Shown piece by piece: positions 56,696 through 64,000 of a DNA stretch of 64,000 nt; position 1 is the first letter of the stretch; each line of letters opens with the position of its first letter. Source of the DNA: Actinomycetales bacterium (GTDB taxonomy: Bacteria; Actinomycetota; Actinomycetes; Actinomycetales; CAWJMD01); assembly GCA_038213835.1 (NCBI GenBank), contig JBBQSN010000001.1:2160-66159 (forward strand), written 5' to 3'. The notes below the pieces were generated by a model. That model made no database searches, was not told where the DNA came from, and saw only the letters and a program-made list of their open reading frames with translations. The position numbers and the translations under genes are program-made.

Positions 56696-57658
56696 GTGCC
56701 TGGCCCCACACTGGTGGCCGTGACCCCCGACCCCGGCCGCAGCCGCGTGCTCGTGCTGGCCAACCCCCGCGCGGGCGGCGACGGCACCGCCGCCCGGGCG
56801 GTCGAGGTGCTGCAGCGCTCCGCCGACGCCGTCGTCGTGCATCCCGAGAGCGACGAGCAGCTCCGCGACGCCCTGCTGGCCGCCGACGGCCGCCGGGTCG
56901 TGGTGGTCGGCGGCGACGGCACCGTGCACGCGGTGGCCCAGTGCCTGCACGACCTGGGCCTGCTGCGCGAGGTCGGTCCGATCGCGCTGGTGCCGGCCGG
57001 CACCGGCAACGACCTCGCCCGCACCCTCGAGCTCCCGCTGGACGACGTCGGCAGCGCGGTCGCCCTCGCGCTCAGCAGCAGCGGCCGCGACGTCGAGCTG
57101 CTCGTCGACGACGTCGGCGGTGTGGTCGTCAACGCGGTGCACGTGGGCATCGGCGCGCAGGCAGGTGCGCTGGCGGCGCGGGCCAAGGAGCACCTCGGCA
57201 AGGTCGGCCTCGGCAAGGTCGCCTACCCGGCGGGTGCGCTCGCTGCCGGGGTCACCTCGGGCCTTCGCGAGCTGCGGATCACCCTCGACGGGACGGTGCT
57301 GCACGAGGGCCCGACCCTGCTGGTCGCCGCCGGGATCGGCACCAGCGTGGGGGCGGGCACGCCGCTGTCGCCCGACGCCGACCCGTTCGACGGCGCGGTC
57401 GACGTCACCGTCTCGACCGCCACCGGACCGGTCACCCGGTTCGGCTACGCCGCCTCGGTGCGGGCCGGCACCCACGTCGACCGCGACGACACCGTCACGG
57501 CCCGCGGCACCGACCTGCTCGTCGAGTCGCTGGACTCCGAACCGTTCCAGGCCAACGCCGACGGCGAGATCAGCGAGCCGGTGCTCAGCCGCAGCTGGCG
57601 GGTCGTCCCGAGGGCCTGGCACCTCGTGGTACCGCCCGCCGTCACCGGACCTTCCTGA
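56696..57658 (+). CDS. Diacylglycerol/lipid kinase family protein (DAGK_cat)
   Basis: Contains [12 protein letters not shown] and [10 protein letters not shown]. The start is ambiguous among GTG 56696, 56714 and 56720. Confidence 0.83.
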   Translation: MPGPTLVAVTPDPGRSRVLVLANPRAGGDGTAARAVEVLQRSADAVVVHPESDEQLRDALLAADGRRVVVVGGDGTVHAVAQCLHDLGLLREVGPIALVPAGTGNDLARTLELPLDDVGSAVALALSSSGRDVELLVDDVGGVVVNAVHVGIGAQAGALAARAKEHLGKVGLGKVAYPAGALAAGVTSGLRELRITLDGTVLHEGPTLLVAAGIGTSVGAGTPLSPDADPFDGAVDVTVSTATGPVTRFGYAASVRAGTHVDRDDTVTARGTDLLVESLDSEPFQANADGEISEPVLSRSWRVVPRAWHLVVPPAVTGPS

Positions 57659-58055
57659 TCCGGATCGCCCCCTTCGCCGTGGACGGGTCGACGATCATGC
57701 CGCCCCGCGTGATCTCGACCTCGCCGGCCGCCACCATGCGCCGCGCCGCGCGGCGGGCCGGCTCCATCAGGTCGCGCCAGGTGTCCTCGGTGCCCACCGC
57801 CCGGGCCGCCTCGGACGGGCAGACGGTGGCACCGACCGCGCGTCGGCCCAGCAGCGACAGGACCGCTCGCTCGAGCGCGGTGTCCTGGGCCGTCACGCCC
57901 CGGCGCCGGCAGCCGTCGCTGCACCAGCGCACCTCGTCCCAGTCGCGCTCCCACTTCTTGCGCCACCGGATCGCGCGACCGCACGAGGCGCAGGACTTCT
58001 GCGGCAGCGGCGAGGACGAGACCGCGCAGGGCGGCTCAGGCCCCGATCGCCCCAC
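57642..58055 (-). CDS. Zinc-ribbon DUF2256-like + DUF3253-like fusion protein
   Basis: Contains [33 protein letters not shown], then CPSEAAR...[25 protein letters not shown]. The nearest canonical in-frame start is GTG 58055, which overlaps the upstream gene by 20 nt. Confidence 0.68.
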   Translation of the reverse strand: MGRSGPEPPCAVSSSPLPQKSCASCGRAIRWRKKWERDWDEVRWCSDGCRRRGVTAQDTALERAVLSLLGRRAVGATVCPSEAARAVGTEDTWRDLMEPARRAARRMVAAGEVEITRGGMIVDPSTAKGAIRIRKVR

Positions 58056-58455
58056 GGGCCCGGGGGTCGCAGTCGTCCAGGAAGGTGCGGCAGCGGTCCG
58101 CCTCCTCGGTCTCGCCGATCTCGGCGGCCGCACGGCCGAGCGCGTGCAGCGCCCGAAGGAAGCCCTGGTTCGGGACGTGGTCCCAGGGCACGGGTCCGTG
58201 CCCGCGCCACCCGGAGCGGCGCAGGGCGTCCAGGCCCCGGTGGTACCCCACCCGTGCGTACGCGTAGGACTCCACGGTCTCACCGCGCGCCCAGGCGCCG
58301 TCGGCCAGCGCCGCCCAGGCCAGGCTCGCGGCCGGGTGGTCGGCCGCTGCCTCGGCGGGCGTGGCACCGCCGGAGAGCTGCGCGGCGACCGCGGCCTCGG
58401 GGCCCTCGGTCAGCCGGGTGGGAGGGGTTCCGCCGAGCAGGTTGTCGTGGCTCAT
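58036..58455 (-). CDS. Conserved hypothetical protein (DUF3151-like)
   Basis: ATG 58455 is preceded by GAGGGA. The product reads [15 protein letters not shown]...[28 protein letters not shown]. The track ORF is over-extended to 58992. Confidence 0.78.
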   Translation of the reverse strand: MSHDNLLGGTPPTRLTEGPEAAVAAQLSGGATPAEAAADHPAASLAWAALADGAWARGETVESYAYARVGYHRGLDALRRSGWRGHGPVPWDHVPNQGFLRALHALGRAAAEIGETEEADRCRTFLDDCDPRARGAIGA

Positions 58456-58618
58456 TGCTCGTCCCTCGCGATGCCCCGGGGGCTGTGTCCGATGATCTGC
58501 TCGCTTTGCTCGCTCATGCCCCTCATTCTCGCGGACGACGACCGTCGGGGTCACCCCGGCCCGTCGGTCAGGCGTCCGGTCACCGGATCGGCCGCCTGGT
58601 CGGAGCGAGGACGGGCCC

Positions 58619-58783
58619 GTGCTCGAGATCTCGACGTCGACCGGTACGACGACGATCGGCGTCGTGGGCGACCTCGATGTATCCGTGCTGGTCAGATCGG
58701 TTCGGACGGCACGACCGCCCAGACCACCTTGCCGGTGCTCTCGGCCCGCCAGCCCCACTGCGCCACGGTGCCGACCACGGTGA
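58619..58783 (+). other. Short ORF whose first 25 codons resemble a STAS (anti-sigma antagonist) N-terminus; likely a gene remnant
   Basis: GTG 58619 is preceded by GAGGA with an 8-nt spacer. The ORF begins VLEISTSTGTTTIGVVGDLDVSVLV. From 58692 it runs antisense into the HATPase domain of the convergent gene and becomes Arg/Pro-rich. Confidence 0.3.
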
Positions 58784-60785
58784 GTCCGTAGCCGCCGGTG
58801 CGGTCCTGGTGCCCGTCGACCCGACGGGGCGGGGTCGGGCTGGCGTCGCCCACCTCGATCCGCAGCCCGGCGTCGGCGGCCTCGCGCAGGTGCAGGGTGA
58901 CCGTGCCGTGGCCGTGCAGCACCGCGTTCGCCACCAGCTCGGAGACGACCAGCTCGGCGTGCCGCTCCTGCCGCAGGCCCCACAGGGAGCACACCTGGGT
59001 GGTCAGCGCCCGGGCCCGCGGGATCGAGGACGCCTCCCCCGGGAGCTGCCAGCGGCGCGACCGGTTCCCGCTCCCCGCCTCGACCGGCTCGCCCGGCACG
59101 GGCACGCGCAGGACCACGAGGGCGATGTCGTCCTCCGGTTCCTCGCCGAGCTCGGCCAGCAGCCGCTCGCCGATGCCGGCCGCGTCGTTGACGTCCAGGT
59201 CGCCGCAGATCTCCAGCAGCCGCTCCAGGCCCGTCTTCATCGGACGGGTCCGTCGCTCGATCAGGCCGTCGGTGTAGAGGACCAGCACGTCGCCCGGGAC
59301 GAGGAGCAGCTCGTCGGACTCGCGCCGGACGTTCACCGAACCCACCATCGGGCCCCCGGCCCCCATCAGCGCCGTGGCGCGGCCAGCGTGCACGACGATC
59401 GGCGGCAGGTGGCCGGCGCGTGCCCAGCTCATCTCCCAGCTGCCGGCGCCGTCGTCGACCAGGTTCGCGTAGACCAGACCCGCGCTGCGGGTGATCCGCA
59501 TGCCGTCGACGAGCTGGTCGACCTGCATCAGCACCGACCCCGGATCGTCACCGCCCGCGGAGTAGGCGCGCACGACCGAGCGCAGCTGGCCCATCGCCGA
59601 GGCCGCCTCGATGTCGTGGCCCACGACGTCGCCGATCACCAGGCCGACCGTGCCGTCGTCCAGGCGCATGACGTCGTACCAGTCGCCCCTGACCTGGGCG
59701 TGCTGGATGCCAGTGGTGTAGAACGACCAGACGTCGAGGCCCGGGACCCGGTCCACCGCCGGCAGCATGCTGCGCTGCAGGGTCTCCGCGACCAGGTGCT
59801 CACGGGCGTACAACCGGGCGTTGTCCAGCGACAGGCCGGCGCGGCGCGCCACCTCGAGGAGCAGCTCGCTCTCCTCGTGGGCCAGCGGCAGGTGCGCCAC
59901 GCCCAGGACGATCAGCCCGAGGACGTCTCGGCGGCCGGGGGTCGGGAGCACCATCCACGGCCCCGGCGCGCCCTCGGCGTCGAGCTGGGCGGCTACCCAG
60001 CGGCTCAGCGAGCCCTCCGGATAGGTCTGCGGGGGGCCGAGCTCCAACAGCCCCTGCACGGCGCCCGTCACGAGGTCGCCCACCGGGTCCGGCGCGGCCG
60101 CCCCTGCGGGGCGCAGCAGCCGGTACCGACCGCCTCGGCCCAGGTTGATGCCGGAGGCCGCCACGACGGTGACCTCGTCCTCCACCTCCAGGGCGGCGCA
60201 CCAGCTCCCGGCTCGCGCGAGCACCTCGACCAGCCGCTGCAGGGCCTGCCGGGGGTCGATCTGGGTCATCGCCTCGCCGACGTCGGCCAGCAGGGCCAGC
60301 TGCGATCTCGCGCGCCGCTCGCTCGAGACCGCGAGCTCGCGGCTGCGCTCGGCGTCGACACCGGTGGTGACGTCGGACTGCACGCCGACGGCGTCCGCCA
60401 GCGTGCCCTCGGTGTCGCTCACCTCCAGCAGGACGAGCAGGGCCCGCTCCTGCGGCGGGGACGACGCCAGGGCCCGGTCGGACAGCGAGAGAGTAAGGCC
60501 GGTCAGCCAGAGCACCTGGGTGCTCTGCGGGTCGGCCTCGTCGAGGTCGGGGCCCCCGCGGCGCTGCACCATCATGGCGAACCCACCCCTCGCGACGGAC
60601 GCGAGCACCGCGCTGGACAGCGGCCGGTCGTCGGCACCGAGCAGGCCCGCGTCGTCGCCCCACCCGTCCAGCGGCGCGGGCAGGCGACCCTGGGGGCGCA
60701 TCGCGAGCCCACCCTGGTTCGCGTCCAGCACCGCCATCGTCGTGAGGTCGACGAGAAGGACCGCGGCCACGACCTCGCCGCTCAC
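58692..60785 (-). CDS. Multidomain partner-switching protein: N-terminal sensor/GAF-like regions + PP2C (SpoIIE) phosphatase + RsbW-like HATPase_c
   Basis: Has PP2C motifs (RGDWYDV, GDVVGHDIEAA, LVLYTDGLIE) and a C-terminal kinase-like domain (ELVANAVLHG...GYGLTVV). Confidence 0.88.
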   Translation of the reverse strand: MSGEVVAAVLLVDLTTMAVLDANQGGLAMRPQGRLPAPLDGWGDDAGLLGADDRPLSSAVLASVARGGFAMMVQRRGGPDLDEADPQSTQVLWLTGLTLSLSDRALASSPPQERALLVLLEVSDTEGTLADAVGVQSDVTTGVDAERSRELAVSSERRARSQLALLADVGEAMTQIDPRQALQRLVEVLARAGSWCAALEVEDEVTVVAASGINLGRGGRYRLLRPAGAAAPDPVGDLVTGAVQGLLELGPPQTYPEGSLSRWVAAQLDAEGAPGPWMVLPTPGRRDVLGLIVLGVAHLPLAHEESELLLEVARRAGLSLDNARLYAREHLVAETLQRSMLPAVDRVPGLDVWSFYTTGIQHAQVRGDWYDVMRLDDGTVGLVIGDVVGHDIEAASAMGQLRSVVRAYSAGGDDPGSVLMQVDQLVDGMRITRSAGLVYANLVDDGAGSWEMSWARAGHLPPIVVHAGRATALMGAGGPMVGSVNVRRESDELLLVPGDVLVLYTDGLIERRTRPMKTGLERLLEICGDLDVNDAAGIGERLLAELGEEPEDDIALVVLRVPVPGEPVEAGSGNRSRRWQLPGEASSIPRARALTTQVCSLWGLRQERHAELVVSELVANAVLHGHGTVTLHLREAADAGLRIEVGDASPTPPRRVDGHQDRTGGYGLTVVGTVAQWGWRAESTGKVVWAVVPSEPI

Positions 60786-60969
60786 GGGCAGGGGCCTGAG
60801 CGGTCCCGCGTTCCGGACACGGCTGCCTCACCCTCCACTTCGAGCGGCACCGGCGGTGTCAGGGGACCGGCGGTGCGGTAGAACAGCACCGACGCAGGAC
60901 GTCACCCGACACCGGCGTCACCGCAGGACGACCGACACACGACCATGCGAACCCCCCGGAGCAGCACGC

Positions 60970-61428
60970 GTGAGCGACGCTAACAGCAGCCAGGACCGGG
61001 CACCGCTCGACCTCCGGGACGAGCCGGGCAGCACCGCCACGACCGAACGACCCGCCGCTGCTCCCGCGAGGCGCCGCGAGCCCGGCAGCGTCTCGGTGCT
61101 GCTCGACGACGACCGCACCCTGGTGGTGCTGGCGGGCGACGTCGACGCCACCCTGGCCGCCGACCTCGTCGAGGCCGCCACCGAGGTGCGCGAGACCGGC
61201 AGGGCGGTGCGGGTCGACACCCGGCACGTCACGTTCATGGACTCCACCGGCGTCTCGTTCATGGCCCGGGTGGCCGTCGCGGGCGTCGGACGACCGGTGC
61301 TGCTCGACCCACCGGACCACGTGCGGTTCCTGCTCGAGATCACCGCGATCGGCGCCCTGGTCGACCTCGAGGAGCCCGCCGTCGGGGCCTCGACCCCCGA
61401 GACGCCGACGGGCGACGACGCCACCTGA
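60970..61428 (+). CDS. STAS domain anti-sigma-factor antagonist
   Basis: Contains LVVLAGDVDATLAADL...VDTRHVTFMDSTGVSFM. GTG 60970 was chosen and later in-frame GTGs are possible. The track ORF is over-extended from 60145. Confidence 0.8.
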   Translation: MSDANSSQDRAPLDLRDEPGSTATTERPAAAPARRREPGSVSVLLDDDRTLVVLAGDVDATLAADLVEAATEVRETGRAVRVDTRHVTFMDSTGVSFMARVAVAGVGRPVLLDPPDHVRFLLEITAIGALVDLEEPAVGASTPETPTGDDAT

Positions 61429-61470
61429 GCGACGCCGCCGCCCGTCGGGCAGCAGAACGGGTGGAGCCCC

Positions 61471-62505
<1,035 letters not shown>

Positions 62506-62584
62506 CGGGACTCCTCGTGCTGATCTGGGTCTGATCCGGGTCTGCCCTGGGTCGGGCACCTCGATCCTTCCACCCCGCCTCGGA

Positions 62585-62605
62585 GGTGCCCAAATGCCGG
62601 GCACC
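62585..62605 (-). terminator. Hairpin downstream of the membrane-protein gene (possible terminator)
   Basis: GGTGCCC-AAATGCC-GGGCACC forms a perfect 7-bp stem with a 7-nt loop. It starts 36 nt past the stop at 62641. There is no U-tract. Confidence 0.35.
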
Positions 62606-62608
62606 GCG

Positions 62609-62638
62609 TCTCAGTCAGTGGCATCTCAGTCAGTGGCG
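62609..62638. repeat. 15-nt tandem duplication in the intergenic region
   Basis: tctcagtcagtggca and tctcagtcagtggcg lie head to tail. Each copy carries TGACTGA on the minus strand. Confidence 0.9.
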
Positions 62639-62640
62639 CC

Positions 62641-64000
62641 TCAGGGTGACGCAAGCTCGCCGGCGCACCGTGCGGGATCGCTCCCGCCGGCCGGGCCGGC
62701 CTGCGCCCCCACGACGTCCCAGGCCCGCTGGCGACCGAGGTTCCACCCGGCCGGATCGGTCGGCTCCTCGACCCGGACCGAGGCGAGCAGGCAGGTGCGC
62801 AGCGGCCCGTCGAGGTCGTCGACCGCCGGCACCGCGTCGGCCGACAGGTCCTGGAGGTAGGAGACGTCCAGGCCCGTCGCCGTCGACGACCCGGAGGCCG
62901 CGACGTTGTACCGGACGATCTGGGCGTCCGGATTGACCACGGCGAGACCGAGCACGGCCAGGCCGCAGACGTGGACGACCGCGAGCGGCAGCCAGGTCCC
63001 GCGCCACCGGATCCCGGCAGCCAGCACCAGCAGCAGGACCACGGCCATCGCGATCTCGGTCACCACGACGAGGAGCCGCAACCGGGTGAGCCCGTAGGCG
63101 TCGACGTACAGGTCCATCCGCCCGAGCGCCGACACCACGACGCCGAGGGTGGCCAGGCACAGCACGCCGAGGACGGCGCGCGACAGCAGCCGGTCACCCG
63201 GTGTCGTCCGTGGTGCCGTCCGGGCCGAGTAGGCGACGACGAGCAGCGTCAGCGCGGTGGCCGCGACCAGCTGCCCGAACCCCTGCCGGGCGTACTCGGC
63301 GTAGGTGAGGCCGGCGGTGGCGCGCACGTAGGAGTCGCCTCCCACCAGCGCGACGACCTGCACGGCGACGAAGGCGAGCACCAGGACGTCCAGGGCCAGG
63401 ACGGGGGCGGTCCACTCCCAGCGGCGCGACGGCTTCGCGGCCGGCAGCGCCACCCGGGTCCAGGACGGGGGTGCGGCGGCGAGGTGCGCCAGCGTGGTCG
63501 CTCCCACGAGCAGCAGCACGGCCACGACCGCCTGGCCGGGCAGGTCCGAGACGTCCAGCCGCGGGAGGAAGCTGGCGAACACGGCGTCGGCGCTGGCGAA
63601 CAGCAGGCCGAAGACCAGCAGCAGCGCCAGCGTGACCAGCGCCGTGCGGGTCACCGCGAGCAACCGGCCGCGGCGGCCGCCGCCGAGGGCGCGCAGACCG
63701 CGCACCGACCAGGGCAGCGAGCGGAGCACGCCCGCGCCCCACGACGGGAGCGCCAGCCAGATGGCGGGGGCCGAGCGGGCCTGCACCGCCGAGACCGCAC
63801 CGGTCGCCGCCGCGGCGACCAGGCAGAGCGCCAGCACCCACGGCGCGCTGCGCACGGCGAGGACCGCCACCAGCGCCACCGACAGGGCCGCGGCCAGGAG
63901 CGCCGACACGGCCCGGCGCCGCACCAGCGCCGGCACCGCGGGCGCCCACAGCAGCAGGCCGGCGACCGCCGCACCGACGCCGAGGTCGTGGCCGACCAGC
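62641..64000 (-). CDS. Large polytopic membrane protein (DUF4153/DUF4173-like?) whose 5' end probably runs off the right edge
   Basis: Corresponds to track ORF 62641..63936. The same frame stays open to base 63999 and continues to read as TM helix (LVGHDLGVGAAVAGLLLWAPAV...). The true start may therefore lie beyond the window. Confidence 0.7.
   Translation of the reverse strand, partial: LVGHDLGVGAAVAGLLLWAPAVPALVRRRAVSALLAAALSVALVAVLAVRSAPWVLALCLVAAAATGAVSAVQARSAPAIWLALPSWGAGVLRSLPWSVRGLRALGGGRRGRLLAVTRTALVTLALLLVFGLLFASADAVFASFLPRLDVSDLPGQAVVAVLLLVGATTLAHLAAAPPSWTRVALPAAKPSRRWEWTAPVLALDVLVLAFVAVQVVALVGGDSYVRATAGLTYAEYARQGFGQLVAATALTLLVVAYSARTAPRTTPGDRLLSRAVLGVLCLATLGVVVSALGRMDLYVDAYGLTRLRLLVVVTEIAMAVVLLLVLAAGIRWRGTWLPLAVVHVCGLAVLGLAVVNPDAQIVRYNVAASGSSTATGLDVSYLQDLSADAVPAVDDLDGPLRTCLLASVRVEEPTDPAGWNLGRQRAWDVVGAQAGPAGGSDPARCAGELASP

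Noticed and set aside
57120-60881. The longest ORF in the window (1253 aa, + strand).
   Set aside because: It is antisense to three well-supported minus-strand genes (the zinc-ribbon protein, the DUF3151-like protein and the PP2C-HATPase). Its translation is Arg/Pro/Gly/Ala-rich with no recognisable motif. This is a typical high-G+C shadow frame.

Overview
This 64-kb window has very high G+C and looks like a core-chromosome segment of an actinobacterium. Gene content and protein motifs suggest the Nocardioides/Propionibacteriales group, but that placement is inference only. It is densely coding. I support about 65 protein-coding genes, 2 tRNA-Ser genes, and no rRNA, CRISPR array, transposase, integrase or phage genes. 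Housekeeping anchors are ask/lysC, recR, dnaX, zwf, tadA, upp, purD, purA and fbaA. Accessory blocks lie between them: (i) a LacI-controlled GH32 fructan/sucrose uptake locus with no ATPase gene; (ii) a GntR-gntP-gntK gluconate locus; (iii) an alkB-rubredoxin-TetR alkane hydroxylase cassette; (iv) an acyl-CoA oxidase divergent from a five-gene plus-strand cluster; (v) several signalling modules (HK/RR pair, GAF-PP2C, DICT-GGDEF, and a PP2C-HATPase fusion with a STAS protein). Because of the G+C content, many of the longest track ORFs are Arg/Pro/Gly-rich shadow frames antisense to, or out of frame with, the real genes (for example 57120..60881 +, 1253 aa). I chose frames by recognisable protein motifs, third-position G/C bias, ribosome-binding sites and 4-nt start/stop overlaps. 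Two real genes run off the window edges and are therefore absent from the track (1..2965 - and 62641..64000 -). I found no convincing new multi-gene system such as a defence island or mobile element. The items most worth a second look are signs of gene decay or sequence error: an ECF sigma factor and a membrane-protein gene, each broken by a 1-nt indel in a G/C run; a Zur/Fur remnant; a truncated paralogue fragment next to the alkB promoter; and a STAS N-terminal remnant. Also notable are an unusual CAP + FG-GAP-like repeat secreted protein, a stand-alone LigD polymerase domain translationally coupled to a GNAT, small unlisted ORFs and several short tandem repeats. All family assignments come from reading motifs by eye, with no database search.
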